Source: Myxococcota bacterium (GTDB lineage: Bacteria; Myxococcota; UBA4151). From it: a DNA stretch of 17,061 bases. The DNA lies in the NCBI GenBank assembly GCA_040260805.1, contig JBDQPD010000073.1, positions 1 to 17,061 of the forward strand. The letters run 5' to 3'. Shown one piece after another: positions 1 to 9,681 of this stretch. Within the stretch, counting starts at the first letter, position 1; each line of letters opens with the position of its first letter. The notes beneath the pieces are model-generated. The model worked only from the letters and a program-made list of their open reading frames with translations. It had not been told where the DNA came from and made no database searches. The position numbers and the translations under genes were made by a program.

Positions 1-45
1 CGCAAGCACGAGCCCTAGACTGACCAGAACTGATCTCAAGTTCAT
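1..45 (-). CDS. 5' fragment of the next secreted protein (signal peptide MNLRSVLVSLGLVLA...), runs off the left edge; possibly GltD/NfsD-like
   Basis: Manual translation: ATG at 45-43, 5 nt after the gltC-like stop, with GGAG just upstream (overlapping the last gltC codons). Open to position 1, with a basic-then-hydrophobic N-terminus. Not in the ORF track. Identity inferred only from synteny. Confidence 0.6.
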   Translation of the reverse strand, partial: MNLRSVLVSLGLVLA

Positions 46-50
46 CAACT

Positions 51-1607
51 TTACTCCACACACTCAGACTTGATGGCGTATTCGTAAAAACCGAGCTCAT
101 CGATCCAATATTCCCCGTGGAACGGCCAATACTGAAACTTCTCACTCGGAACGAAGGGACGCGGCAGCCGTTTTCGTTTGGCGAATTCAATCTCGCGCTG
201 CTGATCGAGCCATTCCGCCTCTTCGAGACCGGTCTGGATCTCAATGATGTCGGCCTGACTGCCCATACCATCGAGAATCACCAGCTGGCGACGAAGCTTG
301 TCACGGACCAGACGCCCCATGAACGGCTCAAGCGCTCCGCGCGCCTCGTCCATGGCGGTCAGCAGCTCACCGGCTAACTCCCCCTTGAACAAATCGACCG
401 AACGCAAAGCGTCCGCCTCGCGTCCGAGCATGTCCAAGAAGAAGCGCAGACGGTCATAGCGATTATTCGACGCCACAGTCCGGGCGATCACCTGAGGAAT
501 CACTGCATCCTCTGCCGAACCCCTAACGCTCTCAAGCAGCTGCTCGTACCACCAGATGTCACCAGCCTCTTGGGGCTTGGACGCTAGGAACGCTTTGAGT
601 TTGGGGATGGATGCGCCGTATGCCGATTGGAATTCGCCGAGCGTGCGCCGCACGCGATCCCATTGGCAGTTGTAGAAGTAGTTGGTCATCTTCAGCACAT
701 AGCTCTCGGCGTGCTGAGCGTTCTCCGCAAAGAACGGAGCGCTCAAGCTGTGAACTGCGCCTAAGCTCTTGCCGTATTCGCTGAGCTGGAAGTGAACCCA
801 ACCGCGCTCAAAGATTGCGTCACCCCAGTCGGAGGTAAAGCGAGGCACCATGCGAAAGTGCAAGGCTGCGTTTTGCAGCGCTTTGACACCCTCAGGGTTG
901 TCAGGGCCCAAACGCGACCCCATCTCGTAATACACGCGAGCGATGCCCAAAACACTTTGGCGGTACACACGATCCGAGTACTCGGTCCGACCTGCCTTGC
1001 GCGCCTTGCTCGCCTCTTTAAGCGCATCTTGGAACCTGGCTAATGCCGACTCTAAGTCGTTGTTACGAATCGCAATCAAGCCGCTCAAATAGCGGGCTGC
1101 AGGCGCTTCGGAGCTTCCTGGTGGGACGCCCGCTTCAGGGTCGAGGAAGCCAAGCGCATCGTCGAGCTTGTCTTGTCGGTACAACACTTGAGCGATCAAG
1201 TAGTTGACACGATCGAGAACGACATCCTTCAGGTCACGAAAGGCGTCTCCGTATTCGCGGTTGATGATGTTCGGCACGTTAAAGTCATCGCGCAGGCGAT
1301 TACCCGCCTCGAGCAGATAACCGATCGCCGAGACATAGTGCCGGTTCCGTGGACCATCGAGGATGATCTCGCGCAGAAACGACAACGCCGAGAAGTTGAG
1401 GTTCTCGTTGAGCATCGCGCGCGCCATGTAATAGCGTGCGTCGTTTCGGTCGCCACGGTTCTCACCGTATTTCAGCACCTCATAAAAGCCCGCAATGGCT
1501 TCTTGATATGACTGATTGTTAAAGTCCTCGATCGCCCGGTCTAAGTCCTGAGCGTTTGCCGACAAAGGCAGAGCGAGCGTAAGAATAAAGCAGAGCTTCT
1601 TCATCAT
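51..1607 (-). CDS. gltC: GltC/NfsC-like periplasmic TPR protein of the Agl-Glt gliding/envelope transport machinery
   Basis: Sec signal peptide (ANA-QD), multiple TPR-like helix pairs (ARYYMARA, VNYLIAQVLYRQDK, ARYLSGLIA, AIFERGWVHFQ) and the GltC-type C-terminus YWPFHGEYWIDELGFYEYAIKSEC. Follows two OM barrel genes. Start at 1607 or 1604. Confidence 0.8.
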   Translation of the reverse strand: MMKKLCFILTLALPLSANAQDLDRAIEDFNNQSYQEAIAGFYEVLKYGENRGDRNDARYYMARAMLNENLNFSALSFLREIILDGPRNRHYVSAIGYLLEAGNRLRDDFNVPNIINREYGDAFRDLKDVVLDRVNYLIAQVLYRQDKLDDALGFLDPEAGVPPGSSEAPAARYLSGLIAIRNNDLESALARFQDALKEASKARKAGRTEYSDRVYRQSVLGIARVYYEMGSRLGPDNPEGVKALQNAALHFRMVPRFTSDWGDAIFERGWVHFQLSEYGKSLGAVHSLSAPFFAENAQHAESYVLKMTNYFYNCQWDRVRRTLGEFQSAYGASIPKLKAFLASKPQEAGDIWWYEQLLESVRGSAEDAVIPQVIARTVASNNRYDRLRFFLDMLGREADALRSVDLFKGELAGELLTAMDEARGALEPFMGRLVRDKLRRQLVILDGMGSQADIIEIQTGLEEAEWLDQQREIEFAKRKRLPRPFVPSEKFQYWPFHGEYWIDELGFYEYAIKSECVE

Positions 1608-1615
1608 AGATTATC

Positions 1616-2563
1616 CTAAAAGACGAAGCTGGGACCGAACTGGAACAAGAAGATATTCGCTACATCAACCGAGTTTTGTAGCGTACCCTGCCATTTCAGT
1701 TCTTTCGTGGGATTGAGTTCATTACCGACATCAGCGCCGGGGACCGAGTGAGCCACCGCGTAGTTGCGGAACTCAGCGCGGACGCCGAAGCGTTCGGTGA
1801 AGTAGAAGCGCAAGCCTGCACCCAGATTAGAGACCACTTTGACGGCGAGTTGGCTAAACTCGTCTGAAATATCACCCTCAGCGCCGGCTGCACCCTTAGT
1901 CACCTGACGAATACCTGCCTGGCTCAGCCCAAGACCGACGCCCATGTAGATATCGAAGTGACCGAGCGCTCGACCAGCGAGTCGAAACTTACCGTAAATA
2001 GGCGCCCACTGCATATCCAGACCGGTGTACCACGACAGCAGCGCATAATCAGCGCCCGGAGGCGTCAGATTTTGAAGATCAAGGAGTTCACGAGTCAACG
2101 GCGTGTAGTCACCCGAGAGGTACCCAGCCGAGAACTCCACACTCATGGTCTCAGCGAAGTGATACAACCCGTTGACGAGTCCACCAGCGTGGCTGGTAAA
2201 CTTGTTGTTGATGGTCGCAACCGCCATCGGGACCAACTCAAAGCGCTTACCGAGGTAACGTCCTTTTTTCTGGATCGCAAAGATGGTCTCATCGCGAGGG
2301 TTGATCACCCCTTTGGTCTGTCCACGATCGGACGACTTTGCAGCCGCTGCGGATGGATCAGCGCCAGCGTCTGGCTTGGCTTCATCAGAGCCGTCATCAC
2401 TAGAGGCGGGTGCGCTAGAATCTCCAGCCGCACCATCAGTTTGCTCCGTGTCATCGCCTAGGTCGAGGAGGTCGTCCAACTCGTCAGCCTGCGCAGGAGA
2501 GGGAATCACGAGAGCGAGACCAAGAACGGCGCTCGCCCAAATCATGCGTTGGAATCGGTTCAC
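1616..2563 (-). CDS. gltA: Outer-membrane beta-barrel protein, GltA/GltB (Nfs) family; GltA position
   Basis: Signal peptide (AQA-DE), acidic low-complexity linker, then FAIQKK..RFELVP, YHFAE, QWAPIYGK, FDIYMGVGLG, GAGLRFY..GVRAEFRNY and terminal SFVF (BamA-type aromatic end). GTG start overlaps the upstream stop (GTGA), with a GGGAG RBS. A versus B naming is from gene order only. Confidence 0.7.
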   Translation of the reverse strand: MNRFQRMIWASAVLGLALVIPSPAQADELDDLLDLGDDTEQTDGAAGDSSAPASSDDGSDEAKPDAGADPSAAAAKSSDRGQTKGVINPRDETIFAIQKKGRYLGKRFELVPMAVATINNKFTSHAGGLVNGLYHFAETMSVEFSAGYLSGDYTPLTRELLDLQNLTPPGADYALLSWYTGLDMQWAPIYGKFRLAGRALGHFDIYMGVGLGLSQAGIRQVTKGAAGAEGDISDEFSQLAVKVVSNLGAGLRFYFTERFGVRAEFRNYAVAHSVPGADVGNELNPTKELKWQGTLQNSVDVANIFLFQFGPSFVF

Positions 2564-3414
2564 AGTGTCGCTCCCAAGCCAAACATCAGAGTCCAGGTGT
2601 TGATGTAATCATCCTGCGGAAGGCTGACTTGATTGAGGTCCAGGTAAGGGCGATCGCCCATCCAAGTATAGTCGCGAGCCTCAACCCGCAAAGCGATGTT
2701 GTCCAACAGCCACACTCGAACACCTGCCATGGCGCTCACGAAGGGCGAGACGCCGGCACGCGCTGGATCAGCTACCCACTGCGCCACGCCACCACCTGTA
2801 TCGGCGGTGAAGCCCTCTCGCCCGGTCACGCCACCACCAACACCCATGAAGATGTCGAAGTTAAGCGCCAGCTCGGAGACCAGGTTCAATTTGCCGTAGA
2901 AAGGCTCAACAATGAAATCGCCGCCGACCAACCAGCTCATGATGTTGGTATCGGGCAAGCAGTTCTTGAAACTGCCTGGATCGCATGTCGTCCCTTCGTT
3001 GAGCGTCGCCGTCAGCAAACCAGTCGCCTGACCGACGAGATAGCCACCGAAAACATTCAGCGCCAGCAGCTCGTTGAAATGGTAGATGACGTTGAGCTTA
3101 CCACCATTGTGGGTCGCGTACTTATCGATCACCGACATTTCAAAGCCTAGCGAGACCTCGAAGCGCTTATCGACCGGGAACAGTCGAGCCCAAACCACCG
3201 GTGTACCAGGGGGAGGTTGGCGATCGTCGACCCTTAGAAGGTCTTCGTAAATCGCTCGTCCGGTTTGGCCTTGTGCAGCCTCTCCGACTTCTCCGGCAGC
3301 CATCTTGCCACCCTCGCCGCCCCAGTTAGCGCCAAGTTCACCGTCTTCCTGCGCAGTCGCCGGCGCTGCAAAGAGCCCCAACGATGCGAGCATCAGAACG
3401 TGCATGCGAATCAT
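2560..3414 (-). CDS. gltB: Outer-membrane beta-barrel protein, GltA/GltB (Nfs) family; GltB position
   Basis: Paralog of the downstream barrel: RFEVS, YHFNE, EPFYGKLNL, FDIFMGVGGG, AGVRVW..ALRVEARDY. Start moved from TTG 3426 to ATG 3414 because GGAG (3424-3421) lies 6 nt upstream. Signal peptide ends ATA-QE. Confidence 0.7.
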   Translation of the reverse strand: MIRMHVLMLASLGLFAAPATAQEDGELGANWGGEGGKMAAGEVGEAAQGQTGRAIYEDLLRVDDRQPPPGTPVVWARLFPVDKRFEVSLGFEMSVIDKYATHNGGKLNVIYHFNELLALNVFGGYLVGQATGLLTATLNEGTTCDPGSFKNCLPDTNIMSWLVGGDFIVEPFYGKLNLVSELALNFDIFMGVGGGVTGREGFTADTGGGVAQWVADPARAGVSPFVSAMAGVRVWLLDNIALRVEARDYTWMGDRPYLDLNQVSLPQDDYINTWTLMFGLGATL

Positions 3415-3460
3415 GCAAATCTCCAAGAGGCCGCCAAGCGACCTACCAAATCAACAACCT

Positions 3461-4561
3461 TCATTGAGCAGCGAGGTAGCGAACGGCGATAGTCGCCGGC
3501 CATTCCGGAACACTGGTTTGACCAAACACTACGCTACGCCCCTCCTGTTCATACCACCAACCGAAGTCCCTGCCGGGCTCCGAACGGACTACAATCTGAC
3601 CATCCACTTGCACCGCGATCGACTGAGGATCGGGGGGCACGTGTAGGCCATAACGCTGACGCACACCAGCGGCCGCGAGCGCAACCCGCGCGAGAGGCTC
3701 TGCAAAGTCGGCTTCACAGATGGAAACCGAAACCCCTCCCGTGGCTGCTGCCAAGGCGCGATAGCGCTGCCCGACCACTGCGATCGTGTCAAGGGACCCA
3801 CGCTGTTCTGGCGTGAGGTCTGGGTACGCTATCTGCGGCCATTGGTCGGGACTGATGCAGCCACGAATTCCGTTCGCTAACACACGCACATCCGAACCAA
3901 CGACCGCATGAACTTGCGCACGTCTTGCCAGAAGCCAGCGCCTAGCGGTGTCTAGGGTCATCGGGCTCTGGTCATCCTCGTCACTCACAAAGATCATCGT
4001 AAAGGCAGCATCGGGGCGGTGGAAGCCTTCATTGCATGGACGATCCTCGGCGCTAGCAACCAGGCCAGCAACCAGGCCGGCTTCGGTCGTACTGCCGCCA
4101 ACCCCGACCTCCACAGCGCGACGAAAACGCTCAGTCGCCAGGGCAGCGTTGACGCTCAGATCAAACCAACGCTGACCGTCAATCGATCGCAGACATCCGC
4201 TCTCAAACTCGGTCAGATCCATCGCCGTGACGGCAAGTCTAGCGTCGACATCACGCTCGCCCAAAGCCTCGACGAATCGAGCTGCGGCAGCGGCAAGCTT
4301 TCCTTGCTCTTCCGCCATCGAGTCGCTGCCATCAATGACCCAGAGCAGATCCAGCTTGCTCACCTGGGCAGCGCGAAACCGCTCGGTCATCCATCGCCCC
4401 GCCACCGTGAATCCACCGCTCGCGTCACCAAAGCTCGACGCTTGATCTCCCGTTGACACCACAGGCTTGCCGCTGCGCAAAACGGGTGCGCTCGTCGTAA
4501 ACACCAAATCATCGGAACACGCGCACCAAAGCAGGGAGCAGAGAATCAGCAGACGCATCAC
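3461..4561 (-). CDS. vWA (MIDAS) domain lipoprotein, putative adhesin
   Basis: Lipobox (LLWCA-C-SDD). vWA motifs LDLLWVIDGSDSMAEEQ (DxSxS), GGSTTEAG, MIFVSDEDDQS and YRALAAATGG..SIC. C-terminal beta-rich module (PDPQSIAVQVDG..WWYE..SVVF..TIAVRY). Start at GTG 4561 or ATG 4558, overlapping the upstream stop; GAGGAGG RBS. Confidence 0.85.
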   Translation of the reverse strand: MMRLLILCSLLWCACSDDLVFTTSAPVLRSGKPVVSTGDQASSFGDASGGFTVAGRWMTERFRAAQVSKLDLLWVIDGSDSMAEEQGKLAAAAARFVEALGERDVDARLAVTAMDLTEFESGCLRSIDGQRWFDLSVNAALATERFRRAVEVGVGGSTTEAGLVAGLVASAEDRPCNEGFHRPDAAFTMIFVSDEDDQSPMTLDTARRWLLARRAQVHAVVGSDVRVLANGIRGCISPDQWPQIAYPDLTPEQRGSLDTIAVVGQRYRALAAATGGVSVSICEADFAEPLARVALAAAGVRQRYGLHVPPDPQSIAVQVDGQIVVRSEPGRDFGWWYEQEGRSVVFGQTSVPEWPATIAVRYLAAQ

Positions 4562-6078
4562 CCCTCCTCAACAGGGACGCAAACCGTCGCCCCACCCTCA
4601 GGCATCCCTCGGCCTTCAACCGACAAGCAGCCCCAGTTTTCCGGACACTCTAAACGCTCGTCGCAACGACGCGTGCAGACCGGACCGGTGCGCTTGATCA
4701 GACACAAGGACGACTCACAGGCAGAGGCGCCAGCGTGACACATCGCCCCTAAATCGCCGCCTTGAGTCTGCGGAAGGCAGGCCATTCGGTCACCTGCAAC
4801 CGCCTTGCAAGCCCAGCCCTCAGCACAAGGGGTATCCGGGCTGCATGAGCGAGAACAAATGGATTCGCTCGCAAGCGAAACACACAAACCACCGCTGCAG
4901 GTTGCTCCAGAGGAACAAGGCGCACCATCAGCGCCTTCGAAACCAATGCAGATCTGTGCGCCACCCAGTCCGCGGCATTGCTGCCCGGCAGGACATTGTC
5001 CTGAGACGCAGGCGTCAACACAGCGCCCACTGCCCACACCTTCGGCGCGCAAGCAAAGACCGCTGGCGCAATCCTCAGAGGCGCTGCAACGGCGCCCCGT
5101 CGCACCGACCCCGACCGGGCATTTGCCGGTGCGAGGTAAACACGCTGACTCCTCGGAGCCGCCGAGCTGGGCGCAGACCGAACCGTTGGGACAGTTCGCC
5201 CCCTCAACACAGCGAGGTGCGCAGACACTGCGACCGTCTGCGCCCTGAACACACAGTCCGTTTTGGCAATCTCCAGAATCACCGCACGGTGCGCACAGAC
5301 CTTGATGGTCCGGCTGATGACTGCAGCGGCCATCGGTGCATAAAAATCCATTCGGGCAATCAGCGTCACCCAAGCACCGGTCTTGGCACTGTCCATCGGC
5401 AGGCACGCATTGCTGACCAAAGTCAAAGTCCTGGCAACGAAACCCGTCCGGACACGCGGTCTCCGAGCAATCGCTCGCACAAAACGAGCGCCCAAGTTGA
5501 AGGTTGCGAACACAATAGTCATCGCGACCGCCACATTCGGAGTCGCGCCGACAAGCCGCACATAAATCAGCCACCACGCCGCAACGACCCAACGGGATGC
5601 ATGCCCCATCGACGCATTCGCTCCCCTCGCTGCAATCACCAGATTGGCAGGGTGTGAGGCAAGAGTCAGCTAAACCATCTCCAAGCGAGGAACAGACCAA
5701 GCCTTCGGCGCATTGCATCTGGTCGCTGCACGCGACGCAGAGCTCGCGCGCTGCGGGGATCACGCAGCGGTTCCGCTCAGAGCACCGGTGCGATGCAGGG
5801 CAGTCTCGATCCAAAGTACAATCTCTGCTGGTCGCAGCCGGAACACAAACCGACGGAGAGCGATCTTGGCGGCAAGTCCAGCCGCCGGGACACATCGACT
5901 CAGCGCCACAGCTCACGGTGCATACAGCGGCGCCCGTATCGAGCTGCGCACAAAACCCCGAAACACAGCCCGCTGAGCCCGCCAGCCCACAACTGCCACC
6001 TAAGCCGAGCTTGGACGAAGGCGGCGCCTCAGACGCACAGCCAACCCATAAAAAGATGCCAAAGAAGAGCATTCGCAT
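4558..6078 (-). CDS. Cysteine-rich repeat lipoprotein (myxobacterial-type disulfide modules)
   Basis: Lipobox LWVG-C14. 71 Cys in 506 aa by manual count, arranged in recurring modules such as C-x5-C-x4-C...C-x3-C-x4/5-CPxGWxC...CVP. Confidence 0.85.
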   Translation of the reverse strand: MRMLFFGIFLWVGCASEAPPSSKLGLGGSCGLAGSAGCVSGFCAQLDTGAAVCTVSCGAESMCPGGWTCRQDRSPSVCVPAATSRDCTLDRDCPASHRCSERNRCVIPAARELCVACSDQMQCAEGLVCSSLGDGLADSCLTPCQSGDCSEGSECVDGACIPLGRCGVVADLCAACRRDSECGGRDDYCVRNLQLGRSFCASDCSETACPDGFRCQDFDFGQQCVPADGQCQDRCLGDADCPNGFLCTDGRCSHQPDHQGLCAPCGDSGDCQNGLCVQGADGRSVCAPRCVEGANCPNGSVCAQLGGSEESACLPRTGKCPVGVGATGRRCSASEDCASGLCLRAEGVGSGRCVDACVSGQCPAGQQCRGLGGAQICIGFEGADGAPCSSGATCSGGLCVSLASESICSRSCSPDTPCAEGWACKAVAGDRMACLPQTQGGDLGAMCHAGASACESSLCLIKRTGPVCTRRCDERLECPENWGCLSVEGRGMPEGGATVCVPVEEG

Positions 6079-6129
6079 ACGGCTCTATAACCCAGACTTT
6101 ACGATCCGCGTATCGGTCGATCTACAGGG

Positions 6130-6567
6130 TCACCAACGCTGGACCAGCGACACGGTAAGATCAGGTTTGAGCTGGTTACCCCAGAGACTACCGCCAGCGC
6201 TCAGCCCCAGACCAGTTTGCCGCGTGAGGTACCACACCAACCCACCGCTCAGCTGGGCGTTCACCCCGAGCCCGCCATCGCGCAGCAGCCCCATCGAGGC
6301 GGTAACCCGCGCACGTGGGACCAGCGCGTATCCACGGCGATGAAGCTCATAACCCACCACAGCGCCCAGTCCGAAGGGTATTCGGCTCGCATCCCAACCG
6401 TGGGTCAATGTGACCCCTGTGCGCCACTTCGGGAGGACCATCTGGGTAAGATCTAGACTGCTCCCAGCGAGTCCGCTGCGGGCGTCAATAAGCGCATCAC
6501 CAATTCGAGAGTCATAAGCCTGGGCTGACGCACTCAAAACCAGGATCATGCTAGCTAACACACGCAT
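6130..6567 (-). CDS. Small secreted protein, probable small outer-membrane beta-barrel
   Basis: Signal peptide (AQA-YD), alternating hydrophobic/Gly-rich strands (FGLGAVVGYEL, LGVNAQLSGGLVWYL, GLGLSAGGSL, LTVSLVQRW) and terminal Trp. ATG overlaps the upstream stop (TAATG). Confidence 0.65.
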   Translation of the reverse strand: MRVLASMILVLSASAQAYDSRIGDALIDARSGLAGSSLDLTQMVLPKWRTGVTLTHGWDASRIPFGLGAVVGYELHRRGYALVPRARVTASMGLLRDGGLGVNAQLSGGLVWYLTRQTGLGLSAGGSLWGNQLKPDLTVSLVQRW

Positions 6568-7388
6568 TATCTCGCACCTTCACGAATCATACGACGCAAG
6601 CGTTCAAAAATCCCATGGATGCTTTCATCACCGAGTTGATGATGAAAGATCGCATCGCCGACTTTTATCAAATGATCGCGCTGGTCATCCCGTAAATCGG
6701 TGAGTTGCACGGAGTAGACTCTCAGATTCTCTTGGTGCTCAGATAGGCGCCCATCGATCGCTTCTTCTTGTTCGTGCAAAGCAGCCTCCAGCTTCGCAAT
6801 CTGCTGATCAATCTCGAGCAATCGAGGGTCCGCTTCGGTGCGATCTTGTTCTTGCGCTTGCTGCAACTGTTTACGCAGCCCTCCTGCGCGCCGCTGGCGC
6901 CGGATCCGCTCCAATCGCAATTCTCTCAAAGCCTCGTGAACCTGCCCAGTCGACTTCGCCTCTTCTTCGGCAATGCGACGCTCAAGAACCTGTAACTCTT
7001 CATCACTCAACCCAATTTGTCGGGCGAGATCAGCAGGGTCAGGTCGGTCGCGATGAATCTGTTCGCGCAGCTGTTTGCGCTTTTTCCGTTCCCGCTCGAG
7101 GCGCTCGAGGAACTTATTCTCATAGTCTCGAAAGCCGGTCTCTTCGGCTTCAATGGTTTTGCGCAAGGCGTCGAGATAGGTTTCGTACTCGGTGATCTGG
7201 GACTCAAGCGCCTGATGGTGACTCAGCAACTCTTGCGGCACCCAGGCGGGATGCTCGGTCACGACCGTCAGACCCAGGCGCTCAAGCTGTCGCCAATAGT
7301 CCAGTCTGCGCTCTGGCAGGCTTCGCCCGCTGCGCGAACGATTGCGTCGCTCACGACGACCAGAGTCTTGTTTTTTCCTACGCTCCAC
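6567..7388 (-). CDS. Hypothetical cytoplasmic coiled-coil protein
   Basis: GTG start with GGAG RBS, 12 nt after the eno stop. Arg-rich N-terminus, long E/R/Q/L heptad-rich helices, no transmembrane segment or signal peptide. Confidence 0.75.
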   Translation of the reverse strand: MERRKKQDSGRRERRNRSRSGRSLPERRLDYWRQLERLGLTVVTEHPAWVPQELLSHHQALESQITEYETYLDALRKTIEAEETGFRDYENKFLERLERERKKRKQLREQIHRDRPDPADLARQIGLSDEELQVLERRIAEEEAKSTGQVHEALRELRLERIRRQRRAGGLRKQLQQAQEQDRTEADPRLLEIDQQIAKLEAALHEQEEAIDGRLSEHQENLRVYSVQLTDLRDDQRDHLIKVGDAIFHHQLGDESIHGIFERLRRMIREGAR

Positions 7389-7400
7389 GATCTCTCCTGA

Positions 7401-8678
<1,278 letters not shown>

Positions 8679-8766
8679 GATTCTCCGTACGACAGGGCGC
8701 GATCTGTCAGTTCAGGTCTACTTTGTCCACCTATTGCGCTTGTCGAGCAGATGCGCTTGACTGACG

Positions 8767-9681
8767 ATGAAACGAGGTTTGGTTATGCTTGCACCCATAC
8801 TGAGCGCGACACTGATGATGATCGCCATCTCCGAACCGACCGACTGTATCGACCGGGTGCCAATGGCCATTCCGGCCCCGAGTTCGATGTTTAGCGACCT
8901 GAACGAAGCGATCGATATTCACCAGCAAACTGATTTCTTTTTTCGTGCTGGATCCGTGAACAATCTGAAGCTCGTCGAGACCCCTGTGCGCCGCGGCGGA
9001 GTCGCTCAGGAGTTCGCCCTATCGAGCTCTGGCGAGACCTTTGTGGCCGAGGGCGTCGTCTTTGATCACTTCACGACCCCAGAGCTTCCTCTAGGTGTTT
9101 GCTTTGAGGTCCATGAGAACATCGGCGATGACGCCGCCTTCCACCAACTCGCCGTCTACCAAAACAACATCCTGTGCGCGACACGGCGCGGCGCCGAAGA
9201 AGAGCGCATGCCTGATCGCCTCACTGTGCTCGCCAGCGCTCAGCCCGCAACCTATGGAACGCCTGGCGGAAACCACGGGCTTGGCGTTTCTCGTACGGCA
9301 ATCGGGGTCCCCGAACCCGGGTTCAACTGCGGTCAGGCGATGGTCAGCGGCTCAGGTAATGTCACCATCAGCATCGCAGGCATTGTGACCAGTCCAGGAG
9401 CGGTTCTGGTCGAGCTTTTGGGGGATGGTGAGCCCCAGGCGCGCGACCTCTTCGTCCATGAGCGGATGGTCGACACGCAGCAGCCTTTGATTGTGGGTTA
9501 CCGAGCGAATACAGCCGGCGATCTCAAGGTACGGGTCACACATCGGGTCTTTGGCGCAGGGGCCGGCGAACCCGTCGAGTTTGACATCGTCGAGCCCTCG
9601 AGCTGCCATCAACTGCCCGGCTCTTCAGTCCTGATCCTATTAAGCGCTTTGGCGCTACGTCGGCGCCGTCAGTTGTCTTAG
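8767..9681 (+). CDS. Hypothetical surface protein with MYXO-CTERM-like C-terminal sorting signal
   Basis: Divergent from eno. Hydrophobic N-terminus. C-terminus SSCHQLPGSSVLILLSALALRRRRQLS (Cys, TM helix, poly-Arg). Only long ORF in this interval; start may be 8767 or 8785. Confidence 0.75.
   Translation: MKRGLVMLAPILSATLMMIAISEPTDCIDRVPMAIPAPSSMFSDLNEAIDIHQQTDFFFRAGSVNNLKLVETPVRRGGVAQEFALSSSGETFVAEGVVFDHFTTPELPLGVCFEVHENIGDDAAFHQLAVYQNNILCATRRGAEEERMPDRLTVLASAQPATYGTPGGNHGLGVSRTAIGVPEPGFNCGQAMVSGSGNVTISIAGIVTSPGAVLVELLGDGEPQARDLFVHERMVDTQQPLIVGYRANTAGDLKVRVTHRVFGAGAGEPVEFDIVEPSSCHQLPGSSVLILLSALALRRRRQLS

Noticed and set aside
3461..4561. Naming the vWA lipoprotein cglB or cglD
   Set aside because: Only the generic vWA/MIDAS and lipobox features are evident, so orthology cannot be supported without a search.
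6079..6129. Possible promoter or leaderless start (TATAGA 5 nt before the ATG) for the Cys-rich gene
   Set aside because: No convincing -35 element; too weak to call from sequence alone.
4749..6343. Long alternative-frame and antisense ORFs (4749-5639 -, 4845-5657 +, 5597-6343 +)
   Set aside because: Shadows of the GC-rich Cys-repeat gene. They show no recognisable motifs, and the Cys lipoprotein frame has a lipobox and coupled neighbours.
6567..7388. ftsB or AglZ assignment for the coiled-coil gene after eno
   Set aside because: No TM helix and too long for FtsB. No receiver domain and far too short for AglZ.
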